A DNA stretch of 64,000 nt from Mycobacteriales bacterium (GCA_035695245.1 DASSEQ010000265.1:2296-66295), one strand, 5' to 3'; counted from the first letter of the stretch, positions 27,262-37,119 are shown. Notes: generated by a model not told the origin, from the letters alone. A program made the numbers and translations.

Positions 27262-29487
27262 GTGCTCGCCGCCCTCCTGCTCGCCAGCCTCACAGCGGGC
27301 CTGATCAGCACGGCCGTGCTCCTGGCGCCGGACCTGCTGCCCGCAGGGCGTGGCGCAGGCGCTTGGCCCTGGAGCCGACGACTCCTCTTCGCTCTGATCG
27401 CCACGGTCATTCTCGACGTGGTTGCCGGCGGAGTGCTCGCCGGCATCGGAACGACGCGCAACAACCTGATCTGGTCGGTGGGGATCCTCACGGTCAGCAG
27501 CGTCTTGTGGTTGCCGCTCACGCGACGGTGGAGTGCGCGGGCACACGTCTGTTGGTCGTCCACGATGCTGCTCTTCGCGGCGTACTTGGCCTTCATGTTC
27601 GACTGGACGTTTCACAGCGGTCTGCCGCCGATCTCCGAAGCGGGCGGACTGGTGCTGTGGGCGCTGGAGGTCTGGGCGGCTCTGCTGGGCGGCGCGTACT
27701 TGTGGGAGCTGTGCGATGCGCTGGGCAGCGAGCTGTGGCGTCGCCGCATCAGCCGCGGCGCGCCGGCCTTGGTGCCCGGCGGTGAACTGCCGTTCGTGAG
27801 TCTGCACGTGCCCGCCCACAACGAGCCGCCGGACATGGTCATCGAAACACTGACTGCGTTGCTGTCGCTCGACTATCCGAACTACGAGATCGTCGTCATC
27901 GACGACAACACCGACGACGAGGAGTTGTGGCGTCCGGTCGAGTCGTGGTGTCGAGAGCATGCAGTGAAGTTCCAGCATCTGCAGGACTGGCCGGGCTACA
28001 AGTCGGGCGCGCTCAACTTCGCGTTGCGTGAGATGACCGATTCACGTGCAGAGCTCATCGGCGTCGTCGACTCCGACTACCAGATGGCACCGGATTTCCT
28101 TCGTCGCTGCGCACCGCTCTTCGCGAACGACTCCGTGGGCTTCATCCAGGCACCGCAGGACTATCGCGACTGGGAGAACGCCAGCTATTACCGCCGGCTC
28201 TATTACTCCTACGCCTACTTCTTCGCCGTGTCCCAACCCTCACGCAACGAACGCAACGGTGCGATCTTCGCCGGAACGATGGGCCTGATCCGCCGGGCGG
28301 CGATCGAAGAGGTCGGCGGCTGGGACGAGTGGTGCATCACCGAGGACGCCGAGCTCTCCTTGCGACTGCTGCGGCAGGGTTGGGCCGGTCTGCACGTCGA
28401 CAAATCCTTCGGCAGGGGAGTGATGCCGCTCACCTTTGAAGCACTCAAGGGCCAGCGGTTCCGCTGGTGTTTCGGTGGCATCCAGATTCTGCGGATGCAT
28501 TGGCGCTCGATGCTCCCCGGCGGCAGCAGTCGCAACCGCATGACCCTCGGGCAACGCTGGGCCTACTTCTCGGGTGCGTTGCAGTGGTACGGCGACTTGC
28601 TCGCGTTGACGTTCTTCGCGTTCCTCATTGCCGGCGCGGCCAACATCGCACTGGGTGGTGGCTTGCTCTTCCGCAAGCTCACCGGGTTCCTGGTCGCCGC
28701 GATTCCGTTGCTCATGGTGCTGGGGCTCGTGCGCGCCATCGCATTGCTTCGGCGAGGCACTGGCGCGACCTGGCGAGATGCGCTCGGCGCGTTCATGATC
28801 TGGCAGTCAACGTCGCTCGTCACGGCGCGCGCATCGGTCAGCGCCTTGTTCGCTCGTGAAGCGGAGTTCCTTCGCACGCCGAAGACGAACGAGGAAGGCA
28901 ACGTCTGGGACGCCATCAACGGCAACCGTGGGGAGACTGCGCTTGCTCTGGTCGGCATCGCCGGCATCGTGTCGTCGCTGTTGCACCCGATCGGCTATGC
29001 CGGTCCTCTGACAGCCGCCCTGTTGCTGTGGCCGACGCTCGCCTACGCGGCTGCGCCGGTCAACTCGTTCGCCGCCCGTCGGGCCGCACTGCCGCCCCAG
29101 CTGCGCGCCTGGCGAAGCAGCGAGTTCCTCCGCAGCCGGGGCGCGCGCCGCGTCACCGTCGCAGCGAGCGGTCTGGCGGTCGTCATGGGGATGGCAGCCG
29201 GCGTGATCGCGCTACTCGCTCCGAGCCACGGGCCGATCTTGGCACCCCAGCTGGTCGGGCCAGCCCGCGGCAAGCCGGCGAAGCCGCCGGCCGCATCCAC
29301 CACCGCGCCCGGGTCTTCGCCTTCGTCGTCGCCGGCTCCGGCCGGCTCGTCCGCGCCGACGGCAACTCCATCGCAGGCGACCCAGCCGACTGCCACTTCA
29401 ACGCCGACCGCGTCACCGACCTCGAGCAGCGTCGCGACACCGACCGCCTCGGCCACCAGCAGCCCGACGGCGACCTCGACGCATTGA
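27262..29487 (+). CDS. membrane glycosyltransferase family 2 (cellulose/PNAG-synthase-like) with C-terminal Pro/Ser/Thr-rich tail
   Basis: N-terminal TM helices; a GT-A domain with DDNTDD and QxxRW-like QRFRWCFGG; further TM helices; about 100 aa of low-complexity PST-rich C-terminus. Confidence 0.8.
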   Translation: MLAALLLASLTAGLISTAVLLAPDLLPAGRGAGAWPWSRRLLFALIATVILDVVAGGVLAGIGTTRNNLIWSVGILTVSSVLWLPLTRRWSARAHVCWSSTMLLFAAYLAFMFDWTFHSGLPPISEAGGLVLWALEVWAALLGGAYLWELCDALGSELWRRRISRGAPALVPGGELPFVSLHVPAHNEPPDMVIETLTALLSLDYPNYEIVVIDDNTDDEELWRPVESWCREHAVKFQHLQDWPGYKSGALNFALREMTDSRAELIGVVDSDYQMAPDFLRRCAPLFANDSVGFIQAPQDYRDWENASYYRRLYYSYAYFFAVSQPSRNERNGAIFAGTMGLIRRAAIEEVGGWDEWCITEDAELSLRLLRQGWAGLHVDKSFGRGVMPLTFEALKGQRFRWCFGGIQILRMHWRSMLPGGSSRNRMTLGQRWAYFSGALQWYGDLLALTFFAFLIAGAANIALGGGLLFRKLTGFLVAAIPLLMVLGLVRAIALLRRGTGATWRDALGAFMIWQSTSLVTARASVSALFAREAEFLRTPKTNEEGNVWDAINGNRGETALALVGIAGIVSSLLHPIGYAGPLTAALLLWPTLAYAAAPVNSFAARRAALPPQLRAWRSSEFLRSRGARRVTVAASGLAVVMGMAAGVIALLAPSHGPILAPQLVGPARGKPAKPPAASTTAPGSSPSSSPAPAGSSAPTATPSQATQPTATSTPTASPTSSSVATPTASATSSPTATSTH

Positions 29488-29493
29488 CCGGCG

Positions 29494-29991
29494 CTAGCGG
29501 GCGGTGAGGTCGGCGAGAGCCAGCACGGTGTTCCAGTTACGGGTGGTCGCGATCAGACCGAGCTTTCGCTCCCAGAACGCGTTGTTGAGCTTCGTCCGGC
29601 CGTAGCCGTCGGGTGTGTGCACGTAGATCTCGTCGCCGCGTACGACGAAACTGTCCGATCCGTACGCAGCCGGGTCTATCGCGGCGACGGCAGCGGCCGC
29701 CGGCGGCGCCTCGAGAAACGTGACCGACAGCATCTTGCCCGCTGCGTCGAAGGGATTGGCATCGACGACCGCAGCCAGTTCCTTCGCCGTACGCCTCAGC
29801 ACGGGCACCTCGAAGCCCAGCTCGGCGGCCAGCGCCGCTGAAAGGGCCGAAGCCACCCCGGCAGCACCGGCGAAGACGACGTTGCCGCTCTGAAGGTAGG
29901 TCTCGACGTCTCGCCCGCCTGCCGCTTCGGTCAACCGGCGCAAGTCGGACATTCCGAGCTTGCGCCCGCCAACATTGACCGCTCGGAGCAT
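29494..29991 (-). CDS. DUF1697-domain protein
   Basis: MLRAVNVGGRKLGMSDLRRL... is a typical DUF1697 start. The longer ORF reaches 30030. Confidence 0.65.
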   Translation of the reverse strand: MLRAVNVGGRKLGMSDLRRLTEAAGGRDVETYLQSGNVVFAGAAGVASALSAALAAELGFEVPVLRRTAKELAAVVDANPFDAAGKMLSVTFLEAPPAAAAVAAIDPAAYGSDSFVVRGDEIYVHTPDGYGRTKLNNAFWERKLGLIATTRNWNTVLALADLTAR

Positions 29992-30245
29992 CGCGGCTGA
30001 CCTCGGCACTGAATCACCCCTTCCGCCCACTCAAGCCGGTCGCGAAGCCGGCCGAAGCCAACAGTGTCTCCGGCACCCGCTGGGGACGCAGGGCACGGTG
30101 ATCCGAGCGACCCTCACCGACCCGACGCGGTAGCGCCCGCGGCGGGCACGGAGACAACACGGTCGCCTAGGTTGCTCGGGGAGTGAGTGGCGAGACCGGC
30201 CTGGCCTTTCAGGGGTGAAAGCCCCGAGGGACGGGAGAGCACTCC

Positions 30246-30482
30246 ATGCGCACGGTCCTGGGCAGGACGGCGGGGCGCGCCTCGCTCATTCTCGTCGCTA
30301 CGGGGATGGTGGGCAGCGCGGCGCTCCTCGCCGTACCCGCTGCTGCGGGGGCGGCGACACATGTTGCCAAGACGCACAGCACGGTTGGCCCGGCCGGGTC
30401 CTCCCACAAGGGGACCCAGATCGGGACGGCAGTGAAGTTTGTTCGCGAGCCGGACGGCACGGTGCGTCAAGTCCGTGGATGA
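30246..30482 (+). CDS. small secreted protein (78 aa), unknown function
   Basis: RBS GGGAGAG; a signal peptide with AAGAATHVA cleavage-like site. Confidence 0.45.
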   Translation: MRTVLGRTAGRASLILVATGMVGSAALLAVPAAAGAATHVAKTHSTVGPAGSSHKGTQIGTAVKFVREPDGTVRQVRG

Positions 30483-30524
30483 TCAGCGAGTGGGCGTCGA
30501 GCCATTGGGCCGGCGCCCACTGCC

Positions 30525-30989
30525 ATGTCGCTGGATAGGGTCGCGGCCGTGGAGGACCTCGACCGGCAGATCCTGCGACTGCTGACGCAAGACGGGCGGC
30601 GCAGTTTCACCGATCTCGCGAAGGAGACCGGCCTGTCCGTCTCAGCCGTCCACCAGCGGGTCAGGCGACTCGAGAAGCGCGGCACTCTCCGCGGCTACTA
30701 CGCCGTGATCGACCCCGACACGGTCGACCTGCCGCTCACCGCATTCGTCTCGATAAAGCCGATCGACCCGGCCGCTCCGGACGACGCCCCGGACCGGCTG
30801 TCACATCTGAGCGCCATCGAGGCCTGCCACAGCGTCGCCGGCGACGAGAGCTACATCCTCAAGGTCCGAGTGGCGTCTCCAGCCGCGTTGGAGGCACTGC
30901 TGCAGGAGATCCGGGCCGCCGCCAACGTGTCGACACGGACCACCGTCGTGCTGTCCACACCGTTCGAGGGTCGACCGCCGGCGATCTGA
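30525..30989 (+). CDS. Lrp/AsnC-family transcriptional regulator
   Basis: HTH (LDRQILRLLTQDGRRSFTDLAKETGLSVSAVHQRVRRLE) plus a RAM/AsnC_trans domain. Confidence 0.9.
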   Translation: MSLDRVAAVEDLDRQILRLLTQDGRRSFTDLAKETGLSVSAVHQRVRRLEKRGTLRGYYAVIDPDTVDLPLTAFVSIKPIDPAAPDDAPDRLSHLSAIEACHSVAGDESYILKVRVASPAALEALLQEIRAAANVSTRTTVVLSTPFEGRPPAI

Positions 30990-31112
30990 GCCCGCCCCGC
31001 CGTCACTCTCCGTGCCAACACGGTGTGTCAGATTGCCGTCACACCGACATTTCGGGCATCGTGTGCGCCGCCAGGGGGGCCAGACCACGAACGCCACAGA
31101 GGAATCCTTTAC

Positions 31113-31853
31113 GTGCGCCTGCCATCACGCCCGCCTGCCCGTTTCGCCCTCCCCGCCACTATCAGCCTCGTCGTAGCCCTCCTCGCCGCTCTGCTGCCGT
31201 CGACCGCATCCGCGGACACGACGACCGAAGGCCAGTTCGTCAGCGACACCAACCAGGCGCGCGCCCAAGACGGGCTCCACGCCTATGCCGTGCGGAGCGA
31301 CCTCACCACGGTCGCGCGCCGCTGGGCGGCGTACATGGCACAACACCAGACGCTGGCCCACAACCCCAACTACCAGAACCAGGTCTGCTGCTGGACCGAG
31401 ATCGGAGAGAACGTCGGCGAGGGCTCGTCGGTGGGACAGATCCAGCGCGCCTTCATGGCGTCAGCACCGCATCGCGACAACATCCTGTCCCGCGACTTCA
31501 CCCAGGTCGGCATCGGCACCGCCCACGACTCGGCCGGTCGTCTGTACGTCGATGAGCTCTTCCGCCGCCCGTCTGGCAGCCAGGCTGCCCAGGCTCCGGT
31601 TGCCCCAGTGAGTGCGCCCGCACCGTCGGTTCCGGTGCAGGTTGCGGTTCATCGCGCCAGCCGGAGCGCACACCGCGCCGGGCTGGCGCCGCGTCGGCAT
31701 CCGGCGGCGCCGCCGAGCGCGACAACACTGCTCAGCGAGCGCCTCGCTACCGCGACCCAGGAGTCGGCGCGTCAACCGAGAGCGGACCCTGTCATGGGCG
31801 CCTGGACGTTCGTGCAGGTGATGGCGGAGCTTTCCGGATCACCCGGCCACTGA
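31113..31853 (+). CDS. secreted CAP-domain (SCP/PR-1-like) protein
   Basis: GTG start after RBS AGAGGA; a signal peptide; CAP motifs (HYTQVVW-like FTQVGIG, NPNYQN). Confidence 0.7.
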   Translation: MRLPSRPPARFALPATISLVVALLAALLPSTASADTTTEGQFVSDTNQARAQDGLHAYAVRSDLTTVARRWAAYMAQHQTLAHNPNYQNQVCCWTEIGENVGEGSSVGQIQRAFMASAPHRDNILSRDFTQVGIGTAHDSAGRLYVDELFRRPSGSQAAQAPVAPVSAPAPSVPVQVAVHRASRSAHRAGLAPRRHPAAPPSATTLLSERLATATQESARQPRADPVMGAWTFVQVMAELSGSPGH

Positions 31854-33197
31854 CTTCAGGCGCGCAGCCTGGCGGCGCCACCAGTTCTGGCCCTCCGCCG
31901 GCAACGTGTCGATCGGGTCGTAGTAGTCGTAGCGCCGTGCGAGCGCGGCCGGATCGTCCCGTTCGACGCTGGTTCGGTAGTTCTTCGTCCACGACGAGAT
32001 CCCGCGCACCCGGTCATAGGCATCGACCTGGTGCACCCAGCGCTTCCCGACGTAGGGAACGTCACAGACGATCCGCGGCGTGGCGAAGCCGGGAAGGTAG
32101 CCCATGATCGCGTGCTGAAGGTCCTGCGCCTGCGCGATCGAGGTCCGCCAGTGCTCGCTGCCCGGGATCATGTCGCACGTGTAGAAGTAGTAGGGGAGGA
32201 TCTTCGCCTCGTCCTGGAGCGCGAAGCACAGGTCGAGCAGATCGCGCTGTGATGCGTTCACCCCTCGCAGCAGGACGCCCTGGTTGCGCACATCACGGAT
32301 GCCGGTGTCGAGCATCGCCCGCACCGCCCGCGCGACCGTCGGGGTGAGTGACTGCGCGGCGTTGACGTGGGTGTGGATGGCCAGGTCGACGCCGCGGCGG
32401 CGCGCCTCGGTGGCCAGGCGTTCCATGCCGGCCCGCACCTCGTCAGCGTGCCAGTGCTGCGGAAGGCCCATGAGCGCCTTGGTGGCGAGCCGGATGTCGC
32501 GAATGTTGTCGATCTCCAGCAGGCGGGCCACGAACGCCTCGAGCCGCGGCCAGGGCATGTTCGCAACGTCTCCGCCGGACACGACGACATCACGCACCGC
32601 TGGCGTGGCCCGCAGATAGGCGATCATGGCGTCGAGCCGGTCGACCGGCTTCAGCTCGAACCGGTGCTTGCCGACCTGCGGCGTCGAGTTGCCCACCAGG
32701 TCCATCCGGGTGCAGTGGCCGCAGTACTGCGGACAGGTTGCGAGCAGCTCGGCCAGGACCTTCGTCGGATAGCGGTGGGTGAGGCCCTCGACAGCCCACA
32801 TCTCTGCTTCGTGCAACGAGTCGCGGCTGGCGCGCGGGTGGCTCGGCCACGTCGGGTGCCGGTCGGACAGCGCCGGAAGCATGTAGCGGCGGACCGGATC
32901 GGCGTACATCGCCTCGGTGCTGGGAACGGCGGTCGGCACCATCGTGTTGAGCATCTGAGGAGGCAGCAGCAGCGACATCGTGGCGCGCTCGGCTTGGTCA
33001 CGCGCGACGTCGTCGTAAAACGCTGCATCGAGAAGGTCTCCGAAGACAGCGAAGAGCTGCGCGACGGTCTTGACGCAGTGCGCACGTTGCCACTGCGCCG
33101 ACTGCCAGTCGGCCTCGCCGACATCGCGCCACCCCGGCAGCCGCCGCCAGTCGGGCTCGACCAGCTCGCGGCGCCGGTAGACGTAAGGCTGGTCCAT
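31839..33197 (-). CDS. kamA: lysine 2,3-aminomutase (radical SAM, KamA family)
   Basis: CPQYCGHCTR cluster (CxxxCxxC) and the overall KamA architecture. Start chosen at MDQPYVYRR. Confidence 0.85.
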   Translation of the reverse strand: MDQPYVYRRRELVEPDWRRLPGWRDVGEADWQSAQWQRAHCVKTVAQLFAVFGDLLDAAFYDDVARDQAERATMSLLLPPQMLNTMVPTAVPSTEAMYADPVRRYMLPALSDRHPTWPSHPRASRDSLHEAEMWAVEGLTHRYPTKVLAELLATCPQYCGHCTRMDLVGNSTPQVGKHRFELKPVDRLDAMIAYLRATPAVRDVVVSGGDVANMPWPRLEAFVARLLEIDNIRDIRLATKALMGLPQHWHADEVRAGMERLATEARRRGVDLAIHTHVNAAQSLTPTVARAVRAMLDTGIRDVRNQGVLLRGVNASQRDLLDLCFALQDEAKILPYYFYTCDMIPGSEHWRTSIAQAQDLQHAIMGYLPGFATPRIVCDVPYVGKRWVHQVDAYDRVRGISSWTKNYRTSVERDDPAALARRYDYYDPIDTLPAEGQNWWRRQAARLKSVAG

Positions 33198-33264
33198 GTC
33201 GGCTCCGTGCGTCAGACTTGTCTCGAGGGACACGATACGGAGAAGATTCGGCAGGGACAATGAT

Positions 33265-33285
33265 TGACAGGAGGATTTCCTGTCA
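33265..33285. promoter_or_regulatory. perfect inverted repeat TGACAGGA-N5-TCCTGTCA in the kamA/kdd divergent promoter
   Basis: Overlaps a TTGACA -35-like hexamer (33264-33269); candidate operator. Confidence 0.5.
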
Positions 33286-33341
33286 CAATGTCATGTGCCG
33301 GTGAGAATTCGATTGGCTGGACGTCAAACAGGGAGTCGCTG

Positions 33342-34388
33342 ATGAGCCGGGGCCCGGGGTCGCCCGTCGGGTTGCATCGGGTGCTCGAGCCGCGGGGCGT
33401 GCTACCGCAGGCGGCCTGGCGGCTGGACGCGTCCCCCGAGATCTACGACGACGAGGTCCGCCTCTCGGTCGAACGCCTCAACCTCGATGCCGCGTCCTTC
33501 CGCCAGCTGCACGAGTCACTCGACGGTGACGGACAGCGCGTTCGGGCCGAAGTCCTCCAGATCGTCCGGGACCGGGGCAAGATGCACAACCCGGTGACCA
33601 ACTCCGGCGGCATGCTCGTGGGCACAGTGGCCGAGGTCGGCGCCGGCTCACCGCTCGGCCTGCACGTCGGCCAGCGGGTGGCCACGCTCGTATCACTCAC
33701 GTTGACCCCCTTGGTGATCACCGACGGCCTGGCCGACTGGACCGGGGGGAGCGAACAGGTGCCCGCGGCCGGCCACGCCATCCTGTTCGGCCGGTCGGTG
33801 GCGGCGGCCATTCCCGACGACATGCCGGTGTCGCTCGCGTTGGCGGTCCTCGACGTCTGTGGGTCGCCGGCGCTCACCCAGCGCGTCGTCCGGGGCTACC
33901 GCGCACCGCGGGTGCTCGTCCTCGGTGCCGGTGGCAAGAGCGGGGCGTTGGCGCTCGCGGCGGCCCGACGGTCCGGCGCAGGCGAGCTGGTCGGGCTCGT
34001 GCCGGACGAGAGTGAGGCCGCCGCGGTCGCTGCGGCCGGCCTCGCGGACGAGGTCGTCGTTGCCGACGCCCGAGATCCGGTGGCGTGCGCCGCAGCCGTG
34101 GGCGCGCCGGCGGATGTGACGGTGGTCTGTGTCGACGTCCCCGGCTGCGAGGGAGCGGCGATCCTCGCCACCGCGTCCGGCGGCACGATCGTGTTCTTCT
34201 CGATGGCGACCTCGTTTGCCGCGGCCGCACTCGGCGCCGAAGGTGTCGCCGCCGACGTCACGATGCTCGTCGGCAACGGCTACAGCCCCGGCCACAGCCA
34301 GCTGGCGCTCCAACTGGTCCGTGAAGAGCCAGGAGTGCGCGCGCTGCTCGATCGACGTCTCGATCTCGACGTGACGGTTGTGCCATGA
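33342..34388 (+). CDS. kdd: L-erythro-3,5-diaminohexanoate dehydrogenase-like (Kdd)
   Basis: RBS AGGGAG; a 349-aa Rossmann-type dehydrogenase; operon position between kamA and kamDE, as in lysine-fermentation clusters. Confidence 0.6.
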   Translation: MSRGPGSPVGLHRVLEPRGVLPQAAWRLDASPEIYDDEVRLSVERLNLDAASFRQLHESLDGDGQRVRAEVLQIVRDRGKMHNPVTNSGGMLVGTVAEVGAGSPLGLHVGQRVATLVSLTLTPLVITDGLADWTGGSEQVPAAGHAILFGRSVAAAIPDDMPVSLALAVLDVCGSPALTQRVVRGYRAPRVLVLGAGGKSGALALAAARRSGAGELVGLVPDESEAAAVAAAGLADEVVVADARDPVACAAAVGAPADVTVVCVDVPGCEGAAILATASGGTIVFFSMATSFAAAALGAEGVAADVTMLVGNGYSPGHSQLALQLVREEPGVRALLDRRLDLDVTVVP

Positions 34389-35953
34389 GTCCGCCCACGC
34401 GGCGACTCGAGCTCGATCCCCGCACCGTCGCCAGGGCTCGGCGCCTGGCCGCACGGGCGGCGGCACCGGTGATCGCGCTGGCGCGCACGTCGACGACCAC
34501 ATCGGTCGAGCGTGCTGTGTTGCGACTTGCCGGGCTGGCCGGGGCCGACGCCGAGGGCATCCCGTGGGTCAACCGCCTCGTCGACGCCGTCCGGGCCGAT
34601 GTCGGACTGGAGCACGGCGTGGCGTTGCCGGTGTGGCACGCACTGGCCGTGTCCGAGCATGACGACCTCAGCACGCTCGCCCAGAAAGCGGCAGCGGGTG
34701 GAGTGCGGTTCACCCTGCCGAGCGGCACGTACGAGCGAAGCGCCAAGACCGCGGCACGGCGCGACGTCGCGCGGGGGATCGCGACGATCGACCGCAACCG
34801 TCGCAGCCGGCAACGCCTGCTCGCCCGGCTCGGGGATCCACCCAAACCGTGGATCTACCTCATCGTTGCGACCGGCGACATCTACGAAGACATCCCCCAG
34901 GCACAGGCCGCTGCGCGCGGCGGCGCCGACATCATCGCGGTGATCCGCTCGACCGGGCAGTCCCTCCTCGACTACGTGCCTGAGGGAGCGACCCGCGACG
35001 GGTTCGCCGGCACCTATGCCACGCAGGAGAACTTCCGGCTGATGCGCACCGCCCTGGACGAGGTGTCCCGGGAGGTGGGCCGCTACGTCCGGCTGACCAA
35101 CTACGCGTCCGGGCTGTGCATGCCCGAGATCGCGACGCTCGCCGGGCTGGAACGCCTGGACATGATGCTCAACGACTGCATGTACGGGATCATCTTCCGC
35201 GACATCAACCCGCAACGGACTTTTATCGATCAGCGGTTTAGTCGACAAATCCATTCTCGTGCGGGCATCATCATCAACACCGGCGAGGACAACTACCTGA
35301 CCACGGCCGACGCGGTGGATGCCGCCCACACCGTGATCGTGAGCCAGCTCCTCAACGAGCGGTTCGGTCTCGAGGCCGGGCTGGAGGACTGGCAGCTCGG
35401 GCTCGGGCACGCCTTCGAGATCAACCCGGAGGTGCCGGAGCAATTCCGGCTGGAGCTCGCGCACGCGCAGCTCGTCCGCGAGCTGTTCCCGAACGCACCA
35501 CTGAAGTACATGCCGCCCACCAAGCACATGACCGGCGATGTCTTCTTCGGCTACCTGCTGGACGCGTTCTTCAACCTCGCTGGGGTGATGACCGAGCAAT
35601 CGATCCTCCTCGTCGGGATGATGACCGAAGGGATCGTCACGCCGTTCCTCTCCGACCGCGACTTGGCCCTCGAGAACGTTCGCTACGTCCGCAGCGCATG
35701 CGCCGGGCTCGCCGAAGACTTCCGCCCGGCCCCGGACGGCTTCATCGCCCGGCGAGCAGAACAGGTCCTGGCCGAGGCGGTCGACCTCCTCGAGCGCATC
35801 TGCGACGAGTCGCTCTTCGCGGCGATCGCCAAGGGCACCTTCGGAGTGACCAAGCGCCCACCGGATACAGGCAAGGGTCTGGACGGCGTCGTCACTCAGG
35901 CGCCGGGCTACTACAACCCCGCGTCGGTGTTGCTGGAAGGGCGGGACGCATGA
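34385..35953 (+). CDS. kamD: lysine 5,6-aminomutase alpha subunit (KamD)
   Basis: About 520-aa TIM-barrel subunit, translationally coupled (ATGA) to kamE. Confidence 0.8.
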   Translation: MSPPTRRLELDPRTVARARRLAARAAAPVIALARTSTTTSVERAVLRLAGLAGADAEGIPWVNRLVDAVRADVGLEHGVALPVWHALAVSEHDDLSTLAQKAAAGGVRFTLPSGTYERSAKTAARRDVARGIATIDRNRRSRQRLLARLGDPPKPWIYLIVATGDIYEDIPQAQAAARGGADIIAVIRSTGQSLLDYVPEGATRDGFAGTYATQENFRLMRTALDEVSREVGRYVRLTNYASGLCMPEIATLAGLERLDMMLNDCMYGIIFRDINPQRTFIDQRFSRQIHSRAGIIINTGEDNYLTTADAVDAAHTVIVSQLLNERFGLEAGLEDWQLGLGHAFEINPEVPEQFRLELAHAQLVRELFPNAPLKYMPPTKHMTGDVFFGYLLDAFFNLAGVMTEQSILLVGMMTEGIVTPFLSDRDLALENVRYVRSACAGLAEDFRPAPDGFIARRAEQVLAEAVDLLERICDESLFAAIAKGTFGVTKRPPDTGKGLDGVVTQAPGYYNPASVLLEGRDA

Positions 35954-36711
35954 GCACGATCAACGTGGTCCGGGCATACGGCGACACGACCGGCGACGGC
36001 ATGGTGCAGATCTCCTTCACCCTGCCGATGCCGGCCGGGCCGAAGGCCGAGGCGGCCGCCGCTGCCTTCGCGGCCAAGATGGGTCTGGACCCCGCGCTCG
36101 TCGTCCACGCGAAGGGGATCGGCCCGGACTTCACGTTCTTCGTCGTCTACGGCCGGTCAAGCGTGGTCGTCGACTTGGACGAGATCGTCGTCGCCGAGCG
36201 CGAATACCCCCTTCTCACCACGAAAGAGATCAACCTCGAGGTGAAGTCGAGGCTGAAGCGCCGGCTAGTCGTGGTTGGCGGCACCGTGGGGACAGACGCG
36301 CACACCGTCGGCCTGGACGCGATCTTGAACGTCAAGGGCTTCGCGGGGGAGAAGGGGCTCGAGCACTACCGCGAGCTCCGGGTGGTCAACCTGGGCGCGC
36401 AGCTCGACGCCGTCGAACTCGTCGACCGGGCGCTCCGCGAGCGGGCCGATGCGATCCTGGTGAGCCAGGTGGTCACTCAGCGCGATGCGCATGTCCAGCA
36501 CGTGCAGGAGGTGGTCACGGCGCTGCGGGACCGGTGGCCCTCGGACAGTGGCCGCCATCCGATGCGGCCGTTGCTCGTCGTCGGCGGGCCGAGGTTCGAC
36601 CCCGGTGCAGCCGCTGACCTCGGCGTCGACCGGGTCTTCACCCGCGGGACCACCCCGCGCGAGGTCGCGTCCTACCTGGTGCACGCCCTCAGCCGTCGGC
36701 GGGCAGCATGA
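35950..36711 (+). CDS. kamE: lysine 5,6-aminomutase beta subunit (KamE, B12/PLP-binding)
   Basis: MSTINVVRAYGDTTGDGMVQISFTLP..., Rossmann-like cobalamin-binding domain (VVVGGTVGTDAHTVGLDAI). Confidence 0.8.
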   Translation: MSTINVVRAYGDTTGDGMVQISFTLPMPAGPKAEAAAAAFAAKMGLDPALVVHAKGIGPDFTFFVVYGRSSVVVDLDEIVVAEREYPLLTTKEINLEVKSRLKRRLVVVGGTVGTDAHTVGLDAILNVKGFAGEKGLEHYRELRVVNLGAQLDAVELVDRALRERADAILVSQVVTQRDAHVQHVQEVVTALRDRWPSDSGRHPMRPLLVVGGPRFDPGAAADLGVDRVFTRGTTPREVASYLVHALSRRRAA

Positions 36712-37103
36712 CGGCAACCGTGGGGGAGCAGGTGGTGCACCGCCGCTACGTGCCCTTCAGCCACGCGCACTACGGCGGCAGCCTCGTCGACGGCGCCTAC
36801 GTCCTCGGGCTGTTCGGCGACGCCGCGACCGAGCTCTGCATCCGCACCGATGGCGACGAGGGCTTGTTTGCCTCGTACGATGACGTGCAGTTCCGGGCAC
36901 CGGTGCGAGCCGGCGACGTGCTCGAGGTCAGTGCCACCATCGACCGGGTCGGCACCCGCAGCCGGGGAGTGCGCTTCGAGGCCCGGGTGGTCGCACGGGC
37001 CGAGCCGGATCGGGGCCCATCTGCGGCCAAAGTGTGCGATCCGCCGCTGGTCGTCGTCAGCGCCCACGGCACCGTCGTCGTACCGACTAGTACGTTCGGA
37101 TGA
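36708..37103 (+). CDS. kal: 3-aminobutyryl-CoA ammonia-lyase-like hotdog-fold protein (Kal)
   Basis: 131-aa hotdog fold, HAHYGGSLVDGAYVLGLFGD. Last gene of the kdd-kamDE operon. Confidence 0.6.
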   Translation: MTATVGEQVVHRRYVPFSHAHYGGSLVDGAYVLGLFGDAATELCIRTDGDEGLFASYDDVQFRAPVRAGDVLEVSATIDRVGTRSRGVRFEARVVARAEPDRGPSAAKVCDPPLVVVSAHGTVVVPTSTFG

Positions 37104-37119
37104 TTGTTCAAACTTGCCA

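Noticed and set aside
30100-30245. GGGGA/GGGAGAG-rich leader upstream of the small secreted protein gene, considered as a possible riboswitch.
   Set aside because: No convincing match to any riboswitch consensus I can recall (ZTP, guanidine, c-di-GMP). Probably just an RBS-containing 5' UTR.
34280-35599. 439-aa minus-strand ORF antisense to kdd/kamD.
   Set aside because: Antisense to two operon-consistent genes; the product is H/R/G-rich without domains.
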